Below are positions 29,460-45,154 of a stretch of 64,000 bases of DNA, in pieces (position 1 is the first letter of the stretch; every line of letters begins with the position of its first letter). The translations under genes were made by a program, and so were the position numbers. The DNA is from the human T2T-CHM13v2.0 reference genome, Homo sapiens. Below the pieces are notes generated by a model, which saw nothing but the letters and a program-made list of their open reading frames with translations, had not been told where the DNA came from and did no database searches. The DNA lies in assembly GCF_009914755.1 (NCBI RefSeq), contig NC_060943.1, one strand, 5' to 3'.

Positions 29460-30011
29460 CTGCGGGGGAAGCCGGTGTGAGCTATAGAGCAGGCGCGGGC
29501 GCAGGGGGGCGCAGGGATGGTGGGGGCGTGGCTGGAAGGTAAAAGCCTGGGAGGAGGGGCGAGCCGTCGCAGGGAGGGTAAATGGGGATCCAGATGAGAA
29601 ACGGATGCGGAAAAAAAAGGGGGGCAAAGAAACAAACACCTTCAGTGGGTGGGGGTCCGGCCGTAGAGGAGTCTCAGGTGTCCCGGAAAGAGGAAAAGCA
29701 AGGGGGTTGGGTGAAAGGACTAGGGAATGAAGCGCGGCGACTTATAACGGTGGGGCAGGAGAGGAGGCTTGTGTGGGTCGGGGTGCGCTACAAAGACCCC
29801 AAAAAGGAAGAGGAGAGGGGGGCTAGGAGGAAGGATGGGAGGTCAGATGGAGAAGGCGATGCTGGCTTTCGGGGCAGGTGGGGCCTCTAGGGGCCGGGGC
29901 CTTGGTTGAGTCCAGGATGGAGGCCCCAGGTGTCCTGGGACGACAAAGGGCGGGAGGGTGCCGAGAGGGAGCGGGAAGGAGCGTGGCTCGAGGGGCCGGT
30001 GCGCCCCTCAC

Positions 30012-30953
30012 CAGCATTGGGCTCCAGCAGATGCACGACACCACCATGATACCGACAAGCTGGCCCACCATCTCCACGTCGTGGGCGCGAGCTCTGCGTG
30101 CCGAGCCGCTGCTCCGAGAGCCGCCAAAGAAGGTGGAGGCCGAAGCGATGGACGAGGCGGACGAGGCGGAGGCCGAGCGGGGTCCGTGCGCCCCCCAGCG
30201 ACGCCGGCTGTCGGGGCCTGAGGCCGGGGGAGGCCGTCGGGAGCGGCGTCGCCAGCGGGCGCGTAGCAGGGCCAGGCCGCTGAGCGTGTTGCACACCAGC
30301 GCGGCGAGGAGCGCGACCAGGCCGAGGCTGGCGAAGAGGCCAGCAAGCAGTGCCTGGCGCCAGCCGCCCGGGGGACCCAGGCCGATGAAGCACCACGTGC
30401 CCGGGTACTGCAGCTCATAGCGGCCCACGCGCGCCAGCGGCAGCAGCGCCACGGCCAAGGCCACCGCGGCCACCGCGGCCAGCGCCAGGCGCGCGCGGGC
30501 GACCGAGACCCGCGCGGCGTGGAGCAGCGGCCGCGTGACGCCCACGCAGCGCTCCACGGCCATGCCACAGCCCAGCAGCAGCGGGCACAGGCCGAAGAAG
30601 ACCATGCAGCCGCCCAGGAAGTGGCAGGCCCCGCCGGCCGGAGCGCGCCCCGCAGTGTACAGACGCAGCACCAGCGCGCCCGGGATCACGTGGCCCGCCA
30701 GGTCGGTGGCCAGCAGGCTGGCCACGAACAGCAGGAAGGTGGCGGCCGAGCGGCGGCGTCGCAGGCGGCCCGCGGCCTGCGCCAGCAGCGCCAGCGCCAG
30801 CAGGTTGGACACGGCGCCCAGCGTCATGGAGAAGATGGGCAGCGCGGGCGAAGCGCCCGACGGCGGCACGGCCGACGTGTTGGGGACCCAGGGCGCCGCG
30901 CATGTGGTCGCCTCGCCCGCCAGGCTCAGGTTGAGGGGCCCGCAAGGGCTCAT
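30012..30953 (-). CDS. PTGER1: PTGER1 exon 2 coding part (MSPCGPLNLSL...CWSPML), prostaglandin E2 receptor EP1
   Basis: ATG at 30953; MAVERC and QYPGTWCF motifs; CTG|gtgagg donor; 314+88=402 aa; exon acceptor at 30970. Confidence 0.97.
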
Positions 30954-31894
30954 GTCAGGCGCCAGGGGTGCTGGATAGAGGAGAGGAGGGCAGAGTGAGG
31001 CTGGCTGGGCCCGGGCGGGGACCAGCCCACGGTGCCATCTCAGAACATCAGGGCCTGTTTGACTCCATGGCGTTCTCAGGCGGCCCCTCTGCCCATGGCA
31101 GTTGCCATGGGCAACTCCAAATGACCTGGCCACTCCATTTGGAAACCCTTCTCCCTCTCTTTTGCCTCTCACCACCCCATCTCCTGCTCCAGGGCCTCCC
31201 TCTAACCCCACTGGCCCTTTCTCTGCCCTTCATGGTTTCCTGCAAGATTCCCCCCAGCCCCGCCCTCAGGCATCTCTGCCAGTGCCTCCGACCCCCACCT
31301 TCCATTTTTACACCCAGCAAATTCCTGGGGCCTGTGGCTCCATCTGATAGCTCTCACCCATTTCTGCCACTGTGGCCCTACCTGACTTTCCCCATGTCAG
31401 CTTTACTCCAGTCCCATCCTCGATGCCCCAGCCCCATCTCTACCACCACGGGCACATCTCTCCCCACGGCCATGTCCCTGTCCCCCATGGACCCATCTCT
31501 GACCCCACATGGCACAGCCACATCTGTGCCATGGACCCATCTCTGCCCCTGCCCCATGGACCTGCCTCTGCTCCACTGCGGTCTCTCGCCAGGCCCTACC
31601 CCGATCACCTCTGCCTCACCCTGGGTGCCCACGGTTCCACTCCATATCCCTGCCCCAGAGGCCTGGAGGCGGCCCCACGACCATCCACTCTTTGATATCC
31701 TGGTGGTGAGGGCTGAAAGGGCGGAACTGCCCACCAGGCCAGATGGGAAGGGAGGATGGACAGACGGTAAGACAGGGACGCACAGATCAGGGAGAAGAGC
31801 CCGGGGACACAGGACGGACAGCAGGTGGCCATGGCCCCACCCCTTCATGCCCTCCTCCTCCCCAATCAGGGACCCTCATGTGCAACCCCCTTAC

Positions 31895-31990
31895 CCGGCA
31901 CTGCCTGGGATGTGGGGTCCCCATCACCGGCCGCTCAGCCCTGCCGCCCACTGCGCCCTGGCTCTCCGGCAAGCCGCTTCCTCCCTCCCT
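31895..31990 (-). other. PTGER1: PTGER1 non-coding exon 1 (TSS approximate)
   Basis: CCGG|gtaagg donor at 31895/31894; joins the exon 2 leader cacccctggcgcctgacATG; GC-rich upstream region. Confidence 0.75.
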
Positions 31991-33119
31991 CTTCCTGGGG
32001 CGGCTCCTCAGCTCCTCCCGCCGCCCTTGCTGGCCTCCAGGGGCCGCTCCACCCCGCGCACGCCCGCTGGGGGCCTGGAGTGGCAGAGACCCCCCTCTCT
32101 GCTCCTGGCAATGGGCGGGGGCCACTCTGGGCCCCAGCGGCTCCCTCCACGAGGAGTGAGGCTCCCTGGAGTTGGTCTGGCCCCATGTGACCCCCTCCTC
32201 CCAGCAGGGCGGGAGCAGCCCCCTTCCCCCCCAGGATCGGGCCTCTTGCCTCATTAATAAAGCGGATAAAATCTAAACACTGGAAAATGTGAGCGTCGTC
32301 TGGGGCGGGCTGGGGCAGCTGCAGGGGGTGCCACTGCCCCCCTCCCTGGGGCTTTGGAGCTAGAGAGGCTAACTCCAATTCTGTGGGGCCAGCAATGCCC
32401 CCCCTGCCCTGCCAAAGCCTTCGTGGATGTCGGGGTGGGTGCTGGTGGGCAGGGCCTCGGGTAGACCAGCTTGGGTCAGGCCCAGCCTGGCCAGGGGATC
32501 CGCCTATTTATACAGGGGCTTAAGCCCCGGCTAGGGCCACAGCGAGTCATATCCTGGGAGGAGGCTGAAAGGGGGCAGGGGAACCAGGAGGCCTGGCGAC
32601 CTGGGGACTCTCCCCAGTGACTGGCTCCTTTAAGATGGGCTGAGTGACACCTGTGACACACGTCCTAAGACACAAAGACTCGCCTCCTGCCCTGAGAAGT
32701 AGGGTCACACTGGCACAGCCTCACACCCTAAGACATACAATCCTGTCACTTACCACTCAGTTTCATCCTGTCCCCATCTCAGCACAGCCAGGTTGCTGCC
32801 GCCACATCCCTGAACTCAGGGTCTTACCCCCAGCGCCGGGACGCACCCAGAGTTACTGCCTCAATTCCAGCCCCTCCCAACACCCCAAAATGCAGCCCTC
32901 TGAGATGATCACCCGAACCACCCTCCTTAGTGCTGGGAAATAGGGTCTCACTTGGCACCCCGAGAGATACACACACGCACACACACTCCTTATTGCCAAA
33001 ACTGCCCCTGACCACACTCTGTTTGACTTTCAATGACCCCTCAACAATCCCAGACAGGCCCCACCAGCACACTCCGTACACCCAAGGCACAAGAAGTGAC
33101 ACCCCCCGCCGCTGGACAC

Positions 33120-33355
33120 CAGAGACCTAGCTGGCCACCCCCACCCTCACCCAGAAACAGCAACGCCCTGAGACACACACACCTGCACCCCTAGAGACCC
33201 CTAGACCTAGCCAGCACCCCCACCCAGGAAACAGCAACACCCCGAGACATACCCTGACACCCCTGAACACCCCAAGGCCTAGCCAAGCACCCCTCCTTGC
33301 CCCAGAAACAGCACCCTAAGACACACACCCCCACACCCCGGGACACCCCAAGACA
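33120..33355. repeat. Three degenerate ~75-80-bp C-rich copies (cctag...cacccc...gaaacagca...agacac)
   Basis: gaaacagca recurs three times with similar flanks. Confidence 0.6.
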
Positions 33356-34410
33356 CAGTCACTCCGTTGCACTCCCCACCACCAGACACTGCCAGTTACA
33401 CCTGCAATTGCCCTGGAACACAGAGCCGGTTATCACATCCCTTACCCACGACACAGCCCTCCCTCATTGCGTCACGAGCCATCAACACTCTTGATAGACT
33501 CACAGTGCTACCCAACACCCGAGACACACATAGCCACACCCCTTCACCACCGCAAGCGGCTCCCAGCACAGACACCTGAGGAGCCCACAGGTGCCCGGGG
33601 ATGCCCTGAGTCACCAGGACTGCGGCTCCCCGACTCCACCCGGGTCTGTCCACCAACACCCAGCCCCCAGGGTCTTCCCCTTTTCCCCCTTCCCCTCTTC
33701 CTGGTGGCCCAGTGCCCGCCCGCCTTTTGGAACGAGGATTGCAAGCTGGCCTCGGACTTCCCCACAGCCTCTCGGCTCACCCCCAAGCATTCCTGTGGGG
33801 CCTTCTGGCCCAGCGCCCCTTGCTTCAATCCCTTCCCTTCCCTCCAGGTCTGGCCAGGGTCCCACCCCGCCTTTCCCTGATCACCCTCAATCCTCGAAGA
33901 TGAGTGGGTTGTCAAAACAAGTATGCTGGGTTTATGTCTAGGACAAAGCAGGGTGCCCCATGGACGCCTGCGTGTCCAGCATTGGGCCGGGTGGGGTGGG
34001 GGCTGCCTCACGCCTGCCCCCAACCTCCCGGTGTAGGGGTGGGGCTCTGGCAGGCCTGAGGTTCCATCTTTCTATTTCCAAGCCAGGTTTCAATGCCCTG
34101 GTGCTCCCCACGGTCCGGGGGTTGTCACCAGCTGCAGACAGCAGCCTTGTGAAGCTCCAGGGGGTAGGAGGCCTTGTGGGAGAGGGGGCAGGATTTGAAC
34201 CCTCAGTAGTCCAGGAAGCTCTGGCCCTGCCTGGAAGCCTGGTGGCCTGCAGCCAGAAGGAACAGTGGGAGGGGGCAGGTGGCTTGGTGCCAGCTCCTAA
34301 TTCAATTTGGAGCCTGCGGAAGATGGATTTCAGCTGCTGAATTCTTTCTCAGCCCCAATCTTCCCCCTCTCCCACCCCGAAGCCACACAGGTCCAACAGC
34401 AGATAGATTC

Positions 34411-34416
34411 TTTATG
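34411..34416 (-). terminator. GIPC1: Probable GIPC1 variant poly(A) signal CATAAA
   Basis: tttatg on + strand within the U-rich end of the 3'UTR; no AATAAA seen in the 3'UTR. Confidence 0.55.
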
Positions 34417-35048
34417 TTCAAGACAGCAAATTCAGATACAAAAACCCACCGCCATCGTCCCTCCCTCCCTCCTGCTCTGGGCCAGGGATGGGCCTGGAAG
34501 GAGAGATGGGAGGTGGGGAGGAGGTTGCGGGGTTCACAGCAGACTCGTGTCAAATGCGGAGGTAACAGGCTCCACAGGGAGGGGGCTCCTCTCAGGAGGG
34601 GTGAGGGCATTATTGCATTTGCTGGGGGGAAGGACAACCCTCTCCCCTGTATTCCCTGCGTCAGGAAACTAGGAAGGTCATGACCCCCAAACAGAACCCA
34701 AGGCCCCAGGGAGACAGAGGGACCAGTTTGGCAGCTGATGGTGGAAAGTGGTGGAGGCGGGGGTGGCCGCCCAATTTGGCTGATCCCTCCCCTCCCTGTG
34801 CCTGACCCAGCTGAGGTAGGTGGGGAACAGGGCACAGGGGGGCCGGGGACCCCGGCCAGACTGGGAACCAGGGAGGGGATGGTACCGATTGGAGCGGGGC
34901 AGGGGGCCTGGCCCCACCTCCCCTCACCATCGTCCTTGGGCTGCTGAGCTAGGCTCAGGCTGGAGGCTCGGGTCCTGACGTCAGTGTCCCTGCTGGGGGC
35001 CCCCACCAGGTTGCGCCCGGGTCATCATCGCAGGGTCCGGGGGCAGTC

Positions 35049-35200
35049 CTAGTAGCGGCCGACCTTGGCGTCCCCAATGGCGCCCCAGACGTCAAAGACG
35101 AACTCGTCAGGGAAGGCAAAGTCACCCAGCCGTTCGTCCAGGGCCTCGGCCAGCTCATCCGGGTTCCTTTTGTCCTTTCCCAGCTCCACCATGGTGGCCG
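35049..35200 (-). CDS. GIPC1: GIPC1 last coding exon (ATMVELGK...VGRY-stop)
   Basis: aatag|CG; TAG at 35049-35051. Confidence 0.96.
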
Positions 35201-35316
35201 CTATTGGGGGAGGGGTCAGAACGGAGGCACAAATGACACCAGGGACCAAGGGGCTCAGGGTGGATTCGGCCCCCAGCAGACCTAGATGCCCCCTCCCCCA
35301 GGCAGCCCTCACTCAC

Positions 35317-35398
35317 CCAGCTCCGTGTCCCTGATACCCATGTAACTCTCCAGCAGGTCATCCACCTTCTCAATGGCCTTCTCTTCAAAGGCAGAGGG
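35317..35398 (-). CDS. GIPC1: GIPC1 exon 8 (PSAFEEK...DTEL)
   Basis: cccag|CCC; CTGG|gtgagt. Confidence 0.96.
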
Positions 35399-35758
35399 CT
35401 GGGGGCCAGGGAGGGGTGACAGCGACATCATAACAATGTGAATATACATAGTAATTGGACGGACTGCCATTGTCACCACTTTACATATATTCGTATTTAG
35501 ACCTCAGGACAACCCTGAGAAGGTGGTATCGGTGTTCAGCTCATCCCCATTTTACTGATGGGCAAACTGCGGCCCATGTGCCCAAGGAAGGTCCCTGGGA
35601 GCTGGGAAGTGGCAGAAGTGGACTAGAATCCAGGCTGTCTGCCCAGAGTCCCCTCAGCTAACAGGTAATGCTGCCGGTTATGAAAAGGAAGGGAGGGCTG
35701 GGCGCGGTGGCTCATGCCTATAATCCCAGCACTTTGGGAGGCCAAGGAGGCTGGATCA

Positions 35759-36200
<442 letters not shown>

Positions 36201-36937
36201 TTAGCACGTTCTGGGCAGGAACTTGTCCTTCCTGGCTTTCACCACCACCCCAAACTTCTCCAGGCTTCTGCAAGTTTCTGGGGGCTGGGGCCGGGGTGAT
36301 CCCAGGAGGGCAGGAATCCTGACTCAGGCCTGGCATGGATGTGGGGCAGAGCAGGGGGAACAGCTGGGGGCCAGGAATAGGAAATGCTGGAGGGGAGACT
36401 GGAGGGGCCACTTCTGCTCCCAGGGGCTGGGGGACAGGAAGCAGGTGTACCCCAGCCTGAGTCTCCAGCTGCCTGAGTCCGTCTCCTCTTGGCCAAGGGG
36501 GTATGGCTGCTGGGCCACAGACCAGCCCTACCTGCCCAGGGAAGTGATTTAGTCCCCCACCCCCACCTCAGGGGCCTGGGGCCCATTCCTGAGAGTTAGT
36601 GAAGCCAGATGGAAAAGTGGGGGGGCTGGCACTGAGCAGTCAAGCCTGGCCTGTTGGGGATAGGGGGCTGGCCAGGGCTGAGGGCGCTTGGCTGGGCTAA
36701 TGGCCCCTGGAAGCTAGGTGTGAGGGCAACTTCCTCCTCGCCCCCGCCCTTCTCCCAGGCTGGGCCAAGGGCCAGCACCCCGTCTGGGGTCGGGAGGAGC
36801 TGCAACCCCTTCCCTTTCTGCAACCCCTTCCCTTTCGGCAGGCCAGGCTTGGGCGCCACCTGCTGGCCGCTCCCGGCACCACCGCCTGCGCCCATGCGAG
36901 CAGCGCCACTGGGGAGGTCCAGGGGGCGGCTCCTCAC

Positions 36938-37118
36938 CGAAGGCCTTGCGAGGCTCCGTGAGCTTCAGCGTGAAGGTACGGCCTCGGGGCAGCTCCTTGA
37001 GCAGCCGGGCCACCTCGTAGTGCCGGCAGCCCAGCAGGCTCTGCCCGTTAATGGCCTCGATCATGTCGCCCACGCTGATGAGGTGGATGTGGTCGATCAC
37101 GCTGCCCTCCTTGATGCG
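36938..37118 (-). CDS. GIPC1: GIPC1 exon 6 (RIKEGS...RKAF, PDZ)
   Basis: cgcag|CGC; TTCG|gtgagg. Confidence 0.96.
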
Positions 37119-37225
37119 CTGCGGGGGCGGGGAGTCATCAGCCCTTGGGGCTCTGCCCTGGTTTCCGGGGTCCCATGGCCCACCCTCACTCCCAGGCCTC
37201 CGGGGTGCCCCGTCTCCCCAGGCAC

Positions 37226-37411
37226 CTTGATGAAGGCGTAGCCAGCCCCGTTGTCCGTGATGGTGAGCCCGAGTGCATCCTCCGACTTGAACACCTCCAC
37301 CTCCTTGCGCTGCCCCTTCACGTGGGCGAAGATGAAGTCCTCCAGCCCGATCTGGCCCCCCAGGAGCTTGTCCATGTCCACTTTGTGGGTGTTCAGGGTG
37401 CAGAACATCAC
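37226..37411 (-). CDS. GIPC1: GIPC1 exon 5 (VMFCTL...YAFIK)
   Basis: tgcag|GTG; AAG|gtgcct. Confidence 0.96.
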
Positions 37412-37925
37412 CTGCAGGGGTGGGAGACGCTGAAACCTCTTCCCCCTCCCTCCCCCTTTTCTAATCACCACTGGAGGGCGAAGGGAGAGAGCTGGGAGAG
37501 GACTAGGGGGATTCCATCCCAGTAACTCATCACCCACTGAGCCTGAGCCAGGGCCACAGCAGGGCCCACATTAGCGTGTCAGCTCTGCTAGGACTAGGAT
37601 TTAGTTTTCCTTTCTCTTTTTGAGACAGGGTCTTGCTCTGTCACCCAGGCTGGAGTGCAGTGGTGCCATCATAGTCACTGCAGCCACAACCTCCCAGATT
37701 CCGGCAATCCTCCCACCTCAGCCTCCCAAGTAGCTGGAACTACAGGTGCTCGCCACCATGCCTGGCTAATTTTTGTATTTTTTGTGGAGATATGGGGTCT
37801 CACTATGTTGCACAGGCTGGTCTCCAACTCCTGGGCTCAAGTGATCCTCCTGTCTCAGTCTCCCGAGTAGCTGGGACCACAGACACGTGCCACCACACCC
37901 ACATAGTTAAAATAATTTTTTTTAG

Positions 37926-38054
<129 letters not shown>

Positions 38055-38067
38055 TAGCAAAAATTCA

Positions 38068-38493
<426 letters not shown>

Positions 38494-38594
38494 TCAAACC
38501 CACTATTGCCCTCCTTGACCCCCTCCCATCTATCCCCACAGTGCTTGGCACCAGGCAAGCCTGCCTCCCACAGCGTTGAGTTTCTCCAAGGCAT

Positions 38595-39200
38595 CACGGA
38601 GAAGTGCATCTCGTATCTGGCCTCTAGCCTCCACCATCTCATGGGGCACTGGCCTCCCAATGCCTGACAGGAACTCAGCATCCAGCCCTGGCCATCAGCT
38701 CCCACAGTCTGTAGAGGTGCAGGCCTCTCAGTGTCTGATGGGAACTCAGCATTTAACTGTGGCCATCAGCTCCCCACAATCTACTGGGGTGCAGGCCTCC
38801 CAACGCCTGATGGGAACTCAGCGTCCAGCCCTGGTCGTCAGTTTTGCACAATCGACTGGGATGCAGGCCTCTCAATCCATCCATCCAATCAATCCATCCA
38901 GCCCTGGCCTCCCACAGTCCATTGGAGCTCAGGTCTCTCAGTGCCTGTTGGGAACTCAGCATCCACCCCTGGTCTTGCACAATCTACTGGGGGTACTCCC
39001 CTCCTAATGCCTGATGGGATGTCAGCATGCAGCCCTGGCCATCAGCTCCCACAATCCACTGGGGCACAGGTCTCCCAGTGCCTGATGGGAACTCAGCATC
39101 CAGCCCTGGCCTCCAGTTCCCCACAATTCACAGGGGCACAAGCCTCCCAGTGCCTCATGGGAACTCAGCATCCAGCCCAGGCCATTGGCCCCCACCACTG
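38595..39200. repeat. ~71-72-bp minisatellite, ~8 units, GIPC1 intron 4
   Basis: gaactcagc at 38671, 38742, 38814, 38952, 39089, 39161 (variant at 39018). Confidence 0.9.
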
Positions 39201-39321
39201 AGTGGGGCCCAGGCTCAGCATCTGCAGCTTCAGCATCTGAGCCCCAGCTCATGAACAGGATGCAGGCCCAGACCTCTGGTCCACCATCAGGGACCCTGGT
39301 GCCCGGCTCCCCAGTGGATAC

Positions 39322-39609
39322 CTCGGCAGTTGGCAGGCGGAAGGCCTCGGCGATCTTGCCATACAGCTCCTTGACGTTGGTGAAGCCCTCGATGCGGCCA
39401 GTGGGACTGCCATGGGCCAGCTGGGTGTGGAACACGAGGCGGGGCCGCAGGGCTGGGGGAGGGGGGGGCAAGCCCATTTGGGGGCCCCCCGACCCACCTC
39501 CGCCCAGAGGCCCTGGCTCCCCCACGCCCAGCCCTCCACGGCCTGGCTCAGCCTCCTCATTTTCCACTAGAGGGGGCGCCTTTTTCCGCCGCCCCAGTCC
39601 CAGCGGCAT
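39322..39609 (-). CDS. GIPC1: GIPC1 exon 4 coding part (MPLGLG...PTAE); exon acceptor at 39639
   Basis: ATG at 39609; GAG|gtatcc donor; tgcag|ATC acceptor. Confidence 0.96.
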
Positions 39610-39763
39610 GAGCAGCGAGAAGTGGGGTCACCAGAAGATCTGCAGGACAGGAAGTGGGGCTCAGGGCCTGGGCAGAGGCCTTGGGTGCCCCTCCCACACT
39701 ACTCGAACCATACAGGCCCAAGGAAATACTCAGAGAACAAATTGGCCTCGGTTGAAATCCTCA

Positions 39764-40105
<342 letters not shown>

Positions 40106-40371
40106 TCACACCTGTAATCCCAGCACTGTGGGAGGCTGAGACGGGAGGATCACTTGAGGTCAGGAGTTCGAGATGCCTGACCAACATGTCGAAATCCCAT
40201 CCCTACCAAAAACACAAAAAAATTAGCCAGGCATGGTGGCGCATGTCTGTAATCTCAGTGATTCAAGAGGGTGAGGCATAAGAATTGCTTGAACCCAGGA
40301 GGCAGAGGTTGCAGTGAGCCAAGATCACACCACTGCACTCCACCCTGGGCAAAAGAGCAAGACTCTGTCTC

Positions 40372-40406
<35 letters not shown>

Positions 40407-40460
40407 CAGCTAGGATTATTGCTTTGTGACCTTCCTTGTGTGTTTCATTTGTTGTTGTGA

Positions 40461-40622
<162 letters not shown>

Positions 40623-40731
40623 TGAGATGGAGTCTCACTCTGTCCCCTAGGCTGGATTGCAACGGTGTGATCTTGACTCACTGCAACCTCTGCCTCTCAG
40701 GTTCAAGTGATTCTTGAAGAAGAGACCCTGA

Positions 40732-41034
<303 letters not shown>

Positions 41035-41465
41035 TAATGCTCAGCTGACGTTTTAAAACTTTTTGCAGGCCGGGTGCGGTGGCTCATGCCTGTAATCCCA
41101 GCACTTTGGGAGGCTGAGGCGGGTGGATCACGAGGTCAGGAATTCAAGACCAGCCTGGCCAACATAGTGAAACCCTGTCTCTAACAAAAAAACACAAAAA
41201 TTAGCCGGGTGTGGTGGCATGTGCCTGTAGTCTTAGCTACTCAGGAGGCTGAGGCAGGAGAATTGCCTGAAACCTGGGAGGCGGAGGTTGCAGTGAGCTG
41301 AGACCGTGCCATTGCCTGGGTGACAGAATGACACTCCATCTCAAAAACAGAAAACAAAAAACAAAAAACAAAAAACACTTTTTGCAGAGATGAGGGGTCT
41401 CAATATGTTGCCCAGAGTGATCTCAAACTCCTAGACTCAAGCAATCCTCCTGCCTCGGCCTCTCA

Positions 41466-41961
<496 letters not shown>

Positions 41962-42283
41962 TAAATTTTATTGTAGGCCTGGTGCGATGGCTCACATCTG
42001 TAATCCCAGCACTTTGGGAGGCTGTGAGCAGAACACTTGAGGTCAGGAGTTCGAGACCAGCCTGGCCAACATGGTGAAACCACATCTCTACTAAAAGTAC
42101 AAAACTTAGCTGGGCATGGTGGCAGACGCCTGTAGTACCAGCTACTGGGTAGGCTGAGGCAGGAGAATTGCTTGAACCCAGGAGACGAAGGTTGGCAGTG
42201 AGCAGAGATCGTGCCAATGCACTCACTCCAGCCTGGGTGACAGAGATAGACTCCGTCTCAAAAAATAAATAAATAAATAAATA

Positions 42284-42589
<306 letters not shown>

Positions 42590-43158
42590 TAGCAAGGATG
42601 GTCTCGATCTCCTGACTTCATGATCCGCCTGCCTCGGCCTCCCAAAGTGCTGGGATTACAGGCGTGAGCCACTGCGCCTGGCAAGGAGGTGATCTTTCTC
42701 TGTTGCCCAGGCTGGTCTGGAACTCCTGGCTTCAAGGAGCTTTTGGCCTCCCAAAGCTCTGGCATGACAGGTATGGGCCACCGTGCCCGGCCTGTGACCT
42801 TCCTTAACCCTCACACCACACTGTAACACAGGGATCACGTTATGCTACAATTATGCCCATTGAACAGATGAGAAAATGGAGGCTGAAAGCGACTACGCTT
42901 CTATTTTCCTCTCAGCCACAGTCACTAACACTGTGTGCAAAAAATTTCTGACTCTCCCCCTTTGGACCAAACAGGTGGATGGCACTTCCTGGCCTCCTTG
43001 TGACTGGGCAGATAAATGATTATTTCTGGCAAATAGGTTGTGAGAGGAAGTGGCACATGACATTTCTGGGCTGAGGCATTTAAGTGCTGGAGCCTCCAGA
43101 GATCTATCTTTCCCAGGCAGGGTGATGAGCCACATTTGATATGGTGGCGACTCTATGA

Positions 43159-43509
<351 letters not shown>

Positions 43510-43730
43510 TGAAGTGCTGGGATTACAGGCATGAGCCACCGCGCCCGGCCCGCTTCTTTATTTCTCTCTTTCTCCATTCTCCCCTCCCTTCAAACAATTT
43601 TTTTTTTCTTTTTAGTACTTACTGTATTCTGTGCACCATTTTAGATACTGTCTTCAATAAAAAAAGCAAGATCCCTGACTAGGGCCACCATGTTCAGTTA
43701 CACAAGTTGTGTACTGTGCAAAATTACTAG

Positions 43731-44129
<399 letters not shown>

Positions 44130-44530
44130 TGAGTCACTGCACCCGGCCGAAGAGATGTCTTTCTAATTCACTCACAGATGCTATATAGGCTAGCTGGGGC
44201 TCTGCACATGACCTCCAGAAGTGGACAGTCCGGAAGAGGAAATGCACAGGGAGCAGGGAAATGTGTAAATGTCTAATATAAATTTTTTCCTTTATTTTCC
44301 TTTTTTTTTTTGACAGAGTCTTGCTGTGTTGCCAAGGCTGAGGTGCAGTGGTGCAATCAGAGCTCACTGCACCCTTGCCCTCCTGGGCTCAAGTGATCCT
44401 CCCGCCCCAGCCTCTTGAGTAGCTGGGACCACAGGTGCTTGCCACCATGCCCTGCTAATTTTTTTATTTTTATTTTTTAGAGACAGGGTCTTGCTATGTT
44501 GTCCCGGCTGGTCTCAAACTCCTGGGCTCA

Positions 44531-45154
<624 letters not shown>

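Larger units (their letters stand above)
28800..31030. promoter_or_regulatory. CpG-island-like sequence over the PTGER1 gene body and PKN1 3' flank
   Basis: Very high GC and CpG density by eye. Confidence 0.75.

Noticed and set aside
29878-30998. Several alternative-frame and antisense ORFs over PTGER1 exon 2
   Set aside because: Expected shadow ORFs of a very GC-rich coding exon
30971-31211. Apparent N-terminal extension of PTGER1 in the 462-aa ORF
   Set aside because: Lies in intron 1, upstream of the acceptor at 30970; the true start is ATG 30953
38576-39254. Repetitive ORFs ([18 protein letters not shown]) in GIPC1 intron 4
   Set aside because: Arise from the 71-72-bp minisatellite; frames shift between units and there is no splice support
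39610-39639. In-frame N-terminal poly-Ala extension of full-length GIPC1
   Set aside because: Exon 4 leader reads ATC TTC TGG TGA, an in-frame stop before the ATG
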